Shown: piece by piece, positions 25,720-39,147 of the stretch | Position numbering within the stretch: the stretch's first letter is position 1 | Layout of the letters: every line of letters starts with the position of its first letter | Source: Euprymna scolopes | Lineage: Eukaryota | NCBI GenBank assembly: GCA_053919585.1 | Contig: CM132806.1 | Strand: one strand, 5' to 3' | DNA length: 64,000 nucleotides | Notes under the pieces: model-generated | Told to the model about the DNA's origin: nothing | The model's input: the letters and a program-made list of their open reading frames with translations, nothing else | Database searches by the model: none | Translations under genes and position numbers: made by a program

Positions 25720-26140
25720 GAAATTTCATCGGTCCCACTTTATCAACTTAGCTCCAGCCCCTGTCCCATCGTCGCAATGTTGCATCACTGTGTCTGTTTT
25801 ACAAATATTTTAATGGGTTGTTTTGATGATTTCGTTGCACTTGTACCCGCTCGACATACATATCCCCGACAAACCAGCTTAGCAACAAAATCTCACTCCT
25901 TCACTGTTAATGTCCTTAAATGCCAGAAAGCTTTCTATTCTAATAGTTTCTTTCCTCGAACAGCTAGACTTGGAATTCCTTTCCTGCTGCATGCTTCCCT
26001 GGCTGTACTGATATGCAGTTTAAATGTAAGATAAACAAATATCTTGTTAATATTTCCTGGATATGGTCCCAAATAGTAGCGCCTTACGTCCAAGTGGCTA
26101 TATGCCTTGTAAAGCGGTGAACATGAGTAATTTTTTTTAA
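25720..26140 (+). mobile_element. CR1-like LINE 3' fragment, the variant closest to the 29-bp satellite
   Basis: LQPLSHRRNVASLCLFYKY and YSNSFFPRTARL. The 3' end reads gccttacgtccaagtggctatatgccttgtaaagcggtgaacatgagtaat. Confidence 0.88.
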
Positions 26141-26234
26141 ACGCAATAAATTACAGATTACCAAAAGTTCACAGTTAATAAAAAAAAGCTTTATTTTTAC
26201 TTAGTTAAACAACAGGAACCGAACTTTAATTTAG

Positions 26235-26524
26235 AAGATAAGAACAACAACACGACAAACTCCAGGCGAGTACAACCGGCTTCCTCTGCAGGAGAAAGTG
26301 CCAAGGGCATATATTAAATTCATAAGCAGTCTCTATTCTTGTGTATACCCCAGTCACAGAAGATGGCAACGTTAGGTTTTTCTTCAGTTTTTGCGACGAG
26401 GTGTCGAGGTCCTCTCACATACAGTGTCTAGTTTTCACAAATGGTCACCCATCTGGTACTGGCCAGGCTAAACCTTGCTTAACTTCGACTAGATAACCAG
26501 ATAATAACGAGAACGGTGTGTTAT
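26235..26524 (-). mobile_element. 5S rRNA-derived SINE (SINE3-like)
   Basis: Minus 26524-26420 reads aacacaccgttctcgt..gaagttaagcaaggtttagcctggccagtaccagatgggtgacc..ctgta, matching the 5S A box/IE/C box region. A non-5S body and a short TGT/TCT tail follow. Confidence 0.75.
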
Positions 26525-27082
26525 ATTACTTAAATAACACTTAACAAGAGAATAAAATATTTGTGGTTTATTATTATGTGGGATATTTTCCAAGGACGCA
26601 TATTTTTTAAACTTATAAGCTCTCCCTCCCCCTCACTTTCTCTTCCTCCCTTCCTTCCCTAATTCCTTCTCTTCTACACACACACACACACATAAGACTA
26701 ATGCAGCACATACTTTCCCATAAATTACCATGCATGAATATCACTATCAACCGTCACCTGTCTCTTTAAATTCTCTTCAACTCTCTCCACCTGAATCCAT
26801 TTATATTATTAGCCGCCACTTAACACTCTTTAGAGACTGTTGATGTTTTGGAAGCTTAATAAGTTAATGTGAGAACGAATAATTTCCCCCAAAATACATG
26901 CGATTAAAAATGTTTTCATCTTAAAGACAGGCTTTATTATGAGTTCTTAAAATAATCTCTATTAGTATTAGTATAGCACAGCAACTCTTTTCGGGTTATT
27001 AAATGCCACATTATGTCATTTTGACAGAAAAGGTACGTTCCAAGTTTTTAATATCTTCAAATATTTATATATGATTTTGATG

Positions 27083-28022
27083 TGCAAGATGCCTTATATA
27101 AGTTTATAGACTTTTTTGTACAAGCATTAAATTAAAAGCTGTCGGTCGTAGACTCTTGAACACTCAGTATGTTACTGTAACACACCTTATGAGATGACTG
27201 ACCAATTTTTATGATTTCAAGTTCAAATAAACAACTACTGCAGAATTTGGAGTACACCCTACTAAAGCCGGATTTTCAGAGCTGGTGAATTTCAAAAATG
27301 TAATTTGGACGTGAGGACACTTTAAAAGAACAGTATGCAATAGAATTGTGTTTTAAGCTTGGAAAATGCCACAGAAACGTGTTGAATACTTCAGACTGCT
27401 TTTGAATCATCTTGCATGAATCGAGCATCATTTTTTAAATGACATAAGAGATTCAAGGAAAGCAGGGAGTCTGTGAGGGATAATGAAAAGTGCGGGATGA
27501 ATAAGTAGGAAGACGAGAGTTGATTGGTCAAATAAATAATTTCATGACTAAGAACCGTCGTGTGTCTAGAGAGAGAATAAGTGCACAGTTTGATGTCAGT
27601 GTGGGAACTGTACACACAATTATTCGCGAGGAACTGACGATGCGGAGAACTTGCGCAAAGTTTGTTCCAAAGGTGCCCCAGCCTTGTCACAGGCTATTTG
27701 ACCAAGATGAACATCAAGACAATTCCCCACCCTCCCTATAGTCCAGGCCTTGCTTCCTGTGATTTTTGGTTATTCCCTAAGCTCAAGAACAATCTTGAGG
27801 CTGACGCTATGTGACAATTGGGGAGATGAAAGCAGCAGTGGCGAGGGTCATTGACACGTTCACACAAGAGGATGTCCATTTGGTCTTCCAGAAGTTGTTT
27901 GAATGGTACAAGTGTATTGCAGCCGGAGGTGATTATTTCGAAGGGAACTAGTTTTGTATTCTTGTATTATCAATAAAGTGCACATACGAAAAAATCTGGA
28001 AAGTTACTGAAGGGAACTCGTA
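27083..28022 (+). mobile_element. Mariner element, internally deleted and decayed
   Basis: Degenerate TIRs. Transposase remnants RERISAQFDVSVGTVHTIIREELTMRRTCAKFVPKV and PHPPYSPGLASCDFWLFPKLK. Confidence 0.88.
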
Positions 28023-28689
28023 AGTAGGTATTGACACTAAGAAAAAAAAGATAAGTTAATGAAATATAAAGCTAAGTGGAAACTGGGTTACCTGTTCATT
28101 TAATTACAAAACACAGCTAGTTACAACAATTCAAACGTTTTTAGGATAATTCAATCCCAGAACTAAAGTCTGTATTTTTGCGTGATTAGAATATTTTATG
28201 TGATTAAAATATATAGGAAAAAATCTTAAGGAAACAAACGTTAAGTACTCAGATTTAATAAATGAACAGATTATTTTTTATTTTATTTTAAACTACTGAT
28301 GAGATAAGACGTTTAAAAATAACGTCTTTAGGGTCACAGCATCAAGTCGTAAATCATCAGTAAAATAAAGAAAAAGGGGAAACCGAGTGTTTGTCACTTA
28401 AATATGATTGATGAAAGGTAGAAGAAAAGAAAGTCGTCCAAAACAATACGTCATCATTCATTGGTCGATAACAGGTCACGTGATCCACAGAAAACGAAAA
28501 AGAAAGAAAAATGCCCGCGCACGCGTTTTTTTTTTTTTCGGTTAATTATTAATTGGAAAATTGTTGTGTAGATACTCTATGGGTATGTCATCATCATCAT
28601 CATCATCATCTAGTCATGGTAATGTAACGGATCTTAACTCATGCCATCTCAGTCTATCTCCCATCAAACCAGGTACCTCTTCATAGGCG

Positions 28690-30200
28690 CACTGTTAATT
28701 GTTTGACGCAAATTCTGTATCGAACACCTGCTATGAAGCAGAGAGAGGCTTTGTGCGTGAAAGACGTTATAGAGTAGAAATGATCATCCCCATAGCTTAT
28801 GGTGTCGGTTTTGTACTCTTTTAAGGCAAAACTAGTTTGAACGGTATCTCCCCGGATATGACGGTAGCAGCCTTCCATCTTAGGATGGATCTGGTTATTC
28901 TAGAGATAGAGGATTGCGCCAGGAATGGAGTATTTTCTATGAAGGTAGAATGAGCCAACCATTTTTCCAACGACCTTAGCAACAAATTTGGCGTAAGTCT
29001 TCTATTTCAGGTCTGAAGTGAAATTCTGTCCTATAAACTAATAAAAGAATAGAGGCTTCCTCAAGGGGTAGGCTATTTATTTTAACTAGATTAAAATGAG
29101 CATCCGTGCGTTCGTGGTGAAAAGAGAGAATCGTGGTTTTAGGTGTGTTAAAAGCTACGATCTACGTTTTCCTAGTCGTAAAGAGGAAGTCAAAAAAGAT
29201 ATTAATAAGCAATGCTTTTTAAAGTGCTGCCATAGATTGTTGTGTGGTCTGCATAGATGTCAACAAAAATTTCATAACGTTATTTGGAAGATTATATATG
29301 AAGATCGCGAAGAGGGTTAGATCTAGAATAGGGGCACACCAGTTTTAGTAATATGCGCGTCGGACTTCTATCTTTCAATAAAAACTTTTTAGATATTTAA
29401 AAAAGAAAAGGAATTAGTAATTAAGAGAAAACGTCAGATATCTCATAGCTAACCATGTTGTGATGCAGATCTTTATGGAATACTCTGCCAAAGGATTTTG
29501 ATATATCAAGATCTATCGCCCTAGAAAAGGAAGCCTGTGTCGATAACTTCACTAATTCTGTGCGACAACACAGCAAGCTCGTCAGCTGTTGATCTTTCCG
29601 GGCGAAATCCATATTGCTTGTCACTAAGTCTACGCAGATTGTTTGTTGTTGAAGTAGTTGACAATTTCTTGATTTATTACAGATTCAAGCAACTTACTTA
29701 TGGCGTACATGTAACTGATCGCTATGTATTGAATTTCAAAACTTCGATTTCCAATTTTAAATACTGAGCAAATCAAAGTCTTCAAATGTGATGAAAAGCA
29801 TTTATCTTTTTAAGCAAGAGCTTTGTCAGGATAGGAACTATTTCGGGTTGCAGTTTCTTGAGTATTATAAGTGGAAGTTTTCAGAACCTGTTCCATTGTT
29901 GGCATCGAGGTTTTAGATAAGTTTTGCAACCTCACGGGCAGTTGTTTGAATGTCGTATAAAGGGTTGAGTTTTTTTTTTCCGGACTTGAGGAGGAATTCT
30001 GAAAGTAAGGCGCTCTAGTCGCAAAGTGTGGAATTCGCCGCAAAGTTCTTAGCAAAATCTTTAGGTTTATTAGATGCTGAATAGATCATCTCTGATCCAT
30101 CAAAGGTCGTCGTTGAGATATTTCTTCTCTTCAGGACGTTGTTTGTTATTCTTGAAACTAATGACAGTGAAGCCTCTGATTGAACGTTCTAAATTTAACA
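28690..30200 (-). pseudogene. Old CR1-like ORF2 (reverse transcriptase) remnant
   Basis: Minus-strand pieces FAKNFAANSTL, LSDKQYGFRPERSTADEL, RAIDLDISKSFGRVFH, IYADHTTIY and AILYL..QIHPKMEGC. Confidence 0.85.
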
Positions 30201-30208
30201 GATTTAGC

Positions 30209-30270
<62 letters not shown>

Positions 30271-30273
<3 letters not shown>

Positions 30274-30414
30274 GAAGTCATCGACATACATTCCTGTTTC
30301 GTTGTATCACAACTCATCAATGCTGCTAGACTAGCATCTCTCCCAAGCCAAGGATTGAACCTAGAACCGCCGTGTTGACAGTCGGCAGTTCTCCCACTCG
30401 ACCACAGAAGCGAC
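30271..30414 (-). mobile_element. tRNA-derived SINE with 3' hammerhead (copy A)
   Basis: A box TGGTCGAGTGG and B box GGTTCAATCC, then tTGATGA-GTTGT-gat-ACAAC-GAAA-caggaatg-TA, then (TA)n. Confidence 0.8.
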
Positions 30415-31842
30415 GCCCGCAAATAACTCGTCGGAATGTCTATTTAAATAGACATCCGCCACCACTTTTACAGTGGTCAAACCGCCAATAGTGTTCTTGG
30501 TGAAGGATACGGGTTACACATTCAGAGGCGTACCATAACAGGCTGTTTAATCACTGTTAAAATATTTTATAGGTTATAAAACTTTAAATACCCACGTTAA
30601 CCCACACAGATATAACAGATACGATACAAGACCCGATTTTTTAAATTAAATTTCTGGAGAATTTCAGATGTGAAGGATCATAAGATGTGCAAATGAGCCC
30701 TTGAATATTGATAATCTCTGCGATGAAAAGGAAATTCAGATGACTTCATGAATTCATTTTTTTTTTATCTTGATTGAAAAACTGAGTGATTGGATGATTC
30801 CAAGAGGAGACAGTAAATGTTCACTGTTTAAGTAAAGTTGTTAGAAAAAGATCAAGGAGGATTTCATAATGTTCATAAGCATCAAGTATACGCATAGACT
30901 TGTCAATAATTGGAGTAATATTATATGTAATTGAAACGTTGTGACAAAATCTCACTTATGTTTGTAAATATTTTAGACGAGGATTGATAATTTGGATTAT
31001 TTGGATTATTTGGATTGTTCAGACTAGTGTTTTCGTCTTGATTGTTCTCCGCACAACAATTTGGCCGATGTTCGATAAGATGCACCTAAGGAAGAATGAG
31101 AATTACATAGGCCGAAACAATGTGCAAAAAGCATTCAAGATTTAAAACCTCTCTTCATCATCAGTCTTTTTCAGTAGAGTAGCCATTCAACATTGGAAAT
31201 ATTGAAGTTGCCGCAGATGCGAATGCCAGCACGAGTCTGTAATTAGTATAAATTTAATTGTCTCTTCAAAAAAAGTTTGATATATGTTGCCTTCCATATA
31301 AAACTTCGTTTTGCTTTTGTCTGTGTTCCCCTTTTTCCTTTGTATCGCTAGTCATGAGTCGGGATGCATTTTTAGAAGCCTTAATTGATGAGAATTGGGA
31401 TGGGTGTCAGACCAATCTTGCTGACGATTTTTTTTTTCAAATGTATATCAGATTGCATTCTTAGTTTTGATATGCAAGTGCTTTCAACAGCGGAGGAAAA
31501 CAGCCTAAAACTAGTATCTGTGAGATCTTCAAGAACGAATCGCCATCCTTTGATATACAAAGCAGAACGTTACAAGAATTCATATTAAAAACAAATAAGA
31601 AAGATATTAGTCTTATCTTTTTTCTAGTTATTTCTGCCGCGTTGCTTGCATTATAAACTAATGGATGGTCTACGTCAGTACGAAGACGTGCCACATTATA
31701 AGCATATCCTATTAAACGAGACGTTACATGGATGACGTAAAGCATTTTTCGCATTAAAATATGTGTGATTTGTGATATAAAATGACACGTAAATATTTTC
31801 AAGCGAGAATACATTATGAGTCCATATGACGTTTCATTGAAT

Positions 31843-31918
<76 letters not shown>

Positions 31919-32195
31919 GGGTGACCCAAAATAACGCTGTAGCGTTGTTATTTAGGTCGACAAATTTTTCGTTCCACTCTGTATATGACAAGCTTACTAT
32001 ATATGGCGGTTATCGTATACTTCAAATTTAAATCGTTCTCGTTTAATTAAGTGTTGCATATGTGTTAAATGTTAGATTGCGGCGTTTAAGTTGACTTTGA
32101 CCAACAGTAATTATAATTTCCTACATTGAAATTGTGTAAACATAGAACACTAGTGTCTGTGAGTGAAAATAATTAATATTTAAAATTTAAAAAAA

Positions 32196-32258
<63 letters not shown>

Positions 32259-32508
32259 AATCACGTTGACACACCAGTTCTCGACAGACACCGAAATAAA
32301 GCAACGTTAAGCCCGGCTAGTTCTAGATGTGTAAGAATTTGGGAATTCTAGGCATTGTATGAGCTCTCTGCTTATCTCAGCATTGTTTCCAGTTGTCCCG
32401 AACCTCCACTTGCCACTGGTATTTAAAAACGCCAACTCAGGAGAAATGTTGTTGGAGATTGCGCAACTCTTTCCAAAAAAATTACACGCGCAGGTACCCT
32501 TACCGTGA

Positions 32509-32570
<62 letters not shown>

Positions 32571-33849
32571 GTATGTGGATGACTATATATATACTAGCAG
32601 GGCGCCCTGCATTGCTCGGCATTGCCCGGTCGTATAATACACTTAAATATGATATTTTGGTTAATGCAGATTTCGTATTTATATTACATTGGATTCAATA
32701 TGTAGTAATGATTTTTAAAAAAAATTAGATGTGACTCGTGCGGTACCACCAAGTATTGAAACCCAAACGTTTAACTTACGATTTATTTTTCCTCTGCCGT
32801 TAATTACTGAGTTATGAAGACATGTCAGCTGCAAGGCTAAAAATTAAAACATGAACCAATAGCTACTACGTAATGCCGTCATTCGACCTTCATCTGACAA
32901 TTTTTTTTTAAATTTTTACACTTTTGCACCAATTTTACCGGGCTAAAGCCCAAATATAAAGTTTCGCATGGGTTCAAATTTTATATATAAAGTTTTATGT
33001 CTGGGGAGCAAAAACTACAGGAGGAAGTTGATAGGCAAAAATTTTTAAACAAAAATAGATACGTATACATAAATATATATGGAAAAAGTTTTGCGTTTAT
33101 CATAACCTTTTATGCAAATATCACGCAAGTATAAATCATGTAGAATATCTGCATTAATATAATTACACACAATAGTTACTAAAGATGATTATCATATGAG
33201 AAAACCGAAAAACTAATAGGGAATGAATTAAAATGAAAATTTAAAAGAATATGCAAATTAACTACATCTTTTGCTAATGAATTCAATTTCGCGACCATAT
33301 ATAACAAACATAAGTTGTATTTTCTTTTTAAATAAGTATTAAAAATTATTAATATGGATATCAATACACACAAAAAGAAAATTATAAGAGTATGGATGTA
33401 TGGTAGCTTCCTTCAGCACTAAAAGTGTGCCTGCGCGTTGAATTTTTGTGGAAAGAATCTCCAACAACACTTTCCTAGGTCGTCGTTCAATTTTGAATTT
33501 TGCATTCCATATGAACAGTGATTTTAAACAGCAGTATTTTATTACTTAACAAATACACGCTCGACCGGCGTTTTTTTTTATTATATCTGACATCACAAAC
33601 ATCTGAAAAAACGTGCTAAGCATTACTATCGTGTCACGTAACAAAAATCCGGTATTTCTTGATGAGGATTCTGTTATGAAACGAAATATGGATTTTAATT
33701 TTAATCTTTAAACCATCAAATTTTGAATTTTGCATTATATATATATATAGCTTGTTGAATTTTTATTTATTTTCTATTAGCGATTAATTTCTTTTTTTTC
33801 CGCTCCCTGAACGTTTTTTTATTATAATTTTTTTATTATTAATAATAAT

Positions 33850-33894
<45 letters not shown>

Positions 33895-33901
<7 letters not shown>

Positions 33902-34522
33902 GAAAATGTCTGCCTGTCTGTGTGTTTGTGTACATTTCCCTACTAAATAACTCTGCCAATTTTCAGTCTAGAGGCTCGAGACTTGACATAAGGGGAATTA
34001 GGATTTTGGGAAAATTTCTTTAATCAGTTTTCGGGCAGAAATTTGGCTGTCAAGGAGTCAAAGTTCAACGATTTGACCTTTGAAAACTCTACCAAACCCC
34101 TCCGTCAATTTTGGGTCTAAACACTTGACATTTTAGATGTAGGTTCCTTGGACATGATCAAACTTTTTAACTTGATTTGAGCGCAAAACAATAAAAGTTA
34201 AGTGGTCAAAGTTTTAAAATAATTTGACCTCTCAGCCAATTTTAGGTCTAAATATTTGAAATTTTACATAAAGTGTATTCAGTCATATGGCAAAATTTTT
34301 AATCAGCTTTTGAGCGAGGATTTGGCTGCCAAGAGGTCAAAGTTTAAAGAGTTGACCTTTATTGACTCTACCAAACTCCTCCGCCAAATTTGGGTATAAA
34401 CACTTGAAATTTTAGATATACGTTACCTTGGCATGTGTCAAATTTTATAATATATATGTACATATACACATAAAGTTATGAACAGTACATAGGGCCCGAG
34501 CAAAGCCGGGCTGAACTGCTAG
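33895..34522 (+). mobile_element. Non-autonomous Helitron with internal repeats
   Basis: 5' tgtctgcctgtctgtgtg tract, internal repeated blocks, and 3' hairpin gcccgagcaaagccgggc followed by CTAG|T. Confidence 0.75.
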
Positions 34523-34711
34523 TTATGAATAATTATAATATATATATATATATATTACTGGCACCCGTGTTTCATTCTTTCGGAAATCATCAGTGCAGGG
34601 TGTCACAATTTACTGCCGATTTGTTTGTAAACAAATTAGCAGTTTGAGCACTGTGAAGCGATAGGCAAATGCTTCTATTCATAAGCACTCGATGAGGGTC
34701 ATTTGCAGGCA

Positions 34712-34850
34712 CCGATTCATAGCCTTTCGGGTAGAGCTGCTGACTCAACTCGATGGTTGTAGGTTTGATCCACGGTTGGGGCAAGGTGCATGTCTAGCCA
34801 CACTGATGAGTTGTGATACGACGAAACAGCACTGTATGTAGATGACTGCA
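34712..34850 (+). mobile_element. tRNA-derived SINE with 3' hammerhead (copy B, intact core)
   Basis: A-box-like tagcctttcgggtagagc and B-box-like ggtttgatcc. The ribozyme reads ccaca-CTGATGA-GTTGT-gat-ACGAC-GAAA-CAG-ca-CTG-TA-tgtag. Confidence 0.82.
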
Positions 34851-34856
34851 TATATA

Positions 34857-35061
34857 CAAGGTGACCCAAAACAACAAAGGCTAAATGGAGGTCATCTAGA
34901 ACATATGCTGTAGAACAGAGAAAAAAAAGGCCAAAAACCCTAGTGTTTTGATGTGAATTTTGAACATAATAAACTAGTTATGACCAAAGTTTTTCATTCG
35001 GACAAAACACTAAGAAACGGGGCCTAATTAGAGTTGGGGCCCGTGTTTTGGGGTCACCCTG
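34857..35061. mobile_element. Tc1/mariner-superfamily MITE
   Basis: TA|caaggtgacccaaaac ... gttttggggtcaccctg|TA. A related left end lies at ~31918. Confidence 0.75.
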
Positions 35062-35134
<73 letters not shown>

Positions 35135-35884
35135 CAATAATACGTTCCATAATGAAACGCTGGAGTGTGTCGTCAGTGATGCTTCGGTGCGGATCATGGG
35201 AATGTTACGGGTCTTTCAACATCAGACACTTTTCCCCGCGCAGACCCGACCAGAGGTGATCGGTCTCTAGTCCACTCTCTCATAAGTGCGCTTTCAGACA
35301 CTGTTTAACTTGCAACTGTACTCCACACAACGTCTTCCTGGCTTCTCGGATTGGCTGAATTCTAATGGCGCGTGTTTTAGTATACGAATAATATATTAGC
35401 AATATAAAGAAGAAAAAAAAACTTGAGACCACCTAAGAAGAAGAATTAATTATAAATAAATCCACTCTTTCCCAATAATAATAGAGGTGGATATATACAT
35501 GCATACGACCAGCCACACACGCACAGACAATCATATGCAAATCATTCTTTGTTAAAAAAAACCTATAAGCTAAACCTTGAAAATTTACTGCATGAATTAT
35601 GATTTAATAAATAATTAAAGTCAATTGAAAAATAAAATAACTATATACAACTGAGAAATATATACTCAGCGAATGGTAAAAACGAAGTGTAAATGTGCGA
35701 CTAAATACAAGTAGAATAAAAAATTATTAAAATTAACTATCAAAATATTCTAGGGTAAACTACAAAAACATCTAAAAGTAAAAGGATGAAGAGGTAGAAA
35801 TGATAAAAAAAAAACTCTGGGACTAAAGCAAATGGATGAGAAAAGAATAAAATTATCGGGTGAACAAATAAATGAAAAGGTTTA

Positions 35885-36155
35885 GTTGGTTGGTTGTTTT
35901 ACGGCATATCAACCCTTTTCGGTTATTTAATGCCGAATCCAAAGATTTTGAAGAAAAATTGTTTTAATAGAATATATTTGTTGTTTTCACGTCGGTTTCT
36001 ATTTAACCCATAGTTGGGACCCTAACAGGTACTACCACTTCGGGACCGAGTGGACCTGGGAGCAATGGTAATTAAAGGGTGGCTCCACACTCCCAAAAGC
36101 CCACAAGCTGAGGCCTCACCACTGGGTATAGTTTAAGGTCATATCCAGGACTTGA
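35885..36155 (+). mobile_element. Octopus-type SINE-like repeat
   Basis: Contains ggcatatcaacc..ggttatttaatgccgaatcc and gggaccctaacaggtactaccact..gagtggacctgggagcaatgg..gtcatatccaggac, which I recall as an abundant octopus repeat. Not database-verified. Confidence 0.6.
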
Positions 36156-36178
36156 AAAGGTTTACATTTAATAAATAA

Positions 36179-36241
<63 letters not shown>

Positions 36242-36423
36242 AAGGAAGTTTCGAAATAAAGACGAAACGTTGATGAACACATANNNNNNNNNNNNNNNNN
36301 NNNNNNNNNNNNNNNNNNNNNNNNNNNNNNNNNNNNNNNNNNNNNNNNNNNNNNNNNNNNNNNNNNNNNNNNNNNNNNNNNNNNNNNNNNNNNNNNNNNN
36401 NNNNNNNNNNNNNNNNNNNNNNN

Positions 36424-37309
36424 TCTAGCCTTTTCTTATGCAGGCATTTAAAATTTTTGTAGACACTTGAACATTCAATATGTTACTGCCATACACCTTA
36501 TGAGATGGCTGACCAATTTTTATGTTTTCAAGTTCAAGTCAACAGCTGCAGCAAGAATTTGAATGTATCCTACTAAAGCCTGATTATGCCTTATGATGAA
36601 TTGCAAAAAATGCAACTTCGACGCGAGTGCATTTTAAAAGAACGATATGCAATAAAATTCTGCTTTAAAGTTGAAAAAAATGCCAGAGAAACGTATGGAA
36701 TGCTTCAGACTGCTTTGCACTATCTTGCATGAATCAATGGAGTGGCAGAAGACAGGGAGTCTGTGAGGGGTGATAAGACGTGTGGGAAGTCAGTAAACAA
36801 GAGTCGATTAGCTAAATAAAGAATTTCATGGATAAGGATCGTCGTGTGTGTATAGAGAGGATAAGTGAGCAGTTTGATATCGGCGTAGGGAACTGTACGC
36901 GCAATTATTCGCGAGAAACTGAAGATGCAAAAGATGTGCGCAAGGTTTGTACTAAGAATGCTCAGAAAAGATTAGATAGAAAAACGTTGTCATGGACACG
37001 AGGAAAATTCCTCGCCCTCCTTATAGTACAGACCTTGCTCCCTGTGACTTTTGGTTGTTCCCTAAGCTCATGGAAAACTTTTGAGGCTGTCGTTATGACA
37101 CAATTGAGGAGATGAAAAAGGCTGTGACGAGTGTCATTGACACGCTTACACATAAGGACTTCCAATAGGGCCTTCCAGAAGTTTTCGGGGTGGTACAGCA
37201 AGTGCATTATAGCTGGGGGAGGTTACTTCGAAGGGGAGTAGAGTTTCATCTGTATACTATCAATAAAAGTGCCCATATGAAAAAGACATAAACCTTATTG
37301 AAAGCAATT

Positions 37310-37310
<1 letters not shown>
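36424..37310 (+). mobile_element. Mariner element, same family as 27083-28022, with a different internal deletion
   Basis: Colinear homology with the first copy. Remnants ERYAIKFCFKVEKNARETYGMLQTA and PYSTDLAPCDF. Confidence 0.88.
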
Positions 37311-37387
<77 letters not shown>

Positions 37388-37401
37388 TAGCAGCAATTAC
37401 A

Positions 37402-37535
37402 GCAGTCGAATAGCGCAACGGTTAGAAATTCTGACTGTCATTTGGGCGGTCGGGTTTTGATTCTGGCTTGAGGTAGTTGCTTGTCTAGCCGCACTGGTGA
37501 GCTGCGAAACAGTACTGTATGTGGATCACTAGGAC

Positions 37536-37540
<5 letters not shown>
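37402..37540 (+). mobile_element. tRNA-derived SINE with degenerate 3' hammerhead (copy C)
   Basis: Head tagcgcaacggttaga..ctgactgtca..gggttttgattct, then ccgca-CTGgTGA-GCtGC-GAAA-CAGTACTG-TA-tgtgg, then a (TA)n tail. Confidence 0.78.
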
Positions 37541-37588
<48 letters not shown>

Positions 37589-37591
<3 letters not shown>

Positions 37592-39147
37592 TTAAAGCCG
37601 AAATTATTGGCACCCTTTCAATTTTTACGTTTTTGGGGAGAAAAATACATTTTTTCACTAATTATTTTTATTAAAGTGTTGATGAACATTTATACCGACC
37701 ATCTACAGATCTCCTGAAACATTTTTAGTTTATTATAAAATATTCAAAATAAATATTATTAATGATAACCAAAAACAGACAAATTCAAATTTATTGGCAC
37801 CCTTTATCAATAGCACTTGCAAAGCCTTTGTTTTTAATAAAAGCTTCCAGGCGTTTTCTATACGATATTACTAAATTCCTACACACATCAACAAGATATT
37901 ACACCATTCTTCCTTGGCGATATCTTCTAATTCTCTCAGGTTTCTTCGTGTCCTTCTTTTCACGTTCGCCTTCACAAGTTTTCCATTGGATTCAAGTCCG
38001 GACTTTGACTTGGCCACTTCAGGACGTTTATTTCATTATCCAGAAGCCATTTCTTCACCGATTTCGCCGTATGTTTTGGATCATTGTCCTTTTATAAGAT
38101 CCAGTTGGTTCCAAGACTAAAGGCTTCTGCAGAAGGTTTCAGATTTTCAGTCAATATTTTAATGCATTGATCTTGCCTGATGATACCATCCACAGTGACA
38201 AGTTTTCCAGTGCCATTGGCCGAAAAGCAACTCCAAAACATACGGTTTCCTCCACTATACTTTACTGTAGGGACTATATTCTTTGGGTTGAAGGCTTCTC
38301 CTTTCTTCCGCCACACAAACGACACACCTCTGCTGCCAAAAAGTTCAATTTTAGTCTCATCTGACCATAAAACTGAACCCCAAAAAGTCGAATCCTTGTC
38401 AATAAACTCCCGTGCAAACTCTAAGCGGGCTTTAACATGTTTCTTGGAGAGGAGAGGAGTCTTCCTTGGTCGGTACCCCTGAATCCTGTGTGACTTCAGT
38501 GCCATCCTCAATGTCGAAACAGAAATTTCAATACCTTGATCGCTCACTTGTTGGACTACTTTCTTACCAGTAGTTTTAGGGTCCTTTTCCACTTCTCGAA
38601 TGACTTGTCGTACAATTCTGGGAGAAAGTTTCTTTTTATGGCCTCGACCCATCATGTTTTTAATTGTATTGAAAACACCATATTTCTTGATAATGTTTCT
38701 CACTGTTGACACAGGAACTTCAAAACGCTTAGAAATGGATCATATGTGCATCCACTATTTTCTGTCTAACATCGAAGCTATGTTCCTTAATTTCAGTCAT
38801 CTTTGCAGTCTGGTGTTATTGATAAAGTGAAGGATTGACTAATGCACATTATGTATAGAAGGCTTTGAAACGTTCTTGAAGATGATGCAATACCCAAATC
38901 ATAATAAACAAGTATTATTTTGCATGAAATTTCGTGAATTCTATGATAAAAATCATTGGTGCCAATAAATTTTAATTCGTCTGCTTTTTGTTATCATTAA
39001 TGATATTTATTTTAAATATTTTATAATAAACTAAAAATGTTTCAGGAGATCTGTAGATGGTCGATTTAAATGTTCATCAACACATTAATAAAAATAATTA
39101 GTGAAAAAATGTTTTTTTCTTAAAAAAAACGCAAAACTTAAAGGGTG
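37589..39147 (-). mobile_element. Tc1-family transposon, IR/DR type with ~215-bp TIRs; the right end runs into a gap
   Basis: TA|CAGT start. 37589-37803 is the reverse complement of 38958-39147, with the direct repeat ttattggcacc at both ends of the TIR. Confidence 0.93.
37808..38800 (-). pseudogene. Tc1 DD34E transposase, disrupted
   Basis: MTEIKEHSFDVRQKIVDAH.., [39 protein letters not shown] and [14 protein letters not shown]. Contains a stop codon and deletions. Confidence 0.93.

Noticed and set aside
28290-28362. CTGATGA followed by a hairpin, as a possible hammerhead
   Set aside because: There is no GAAA after the stem, and the CTGATGA simply pairs with a downstream TCATCAG. Similar weak hits at ~12797, ~33660 and ~50941 are too degenerate to call.
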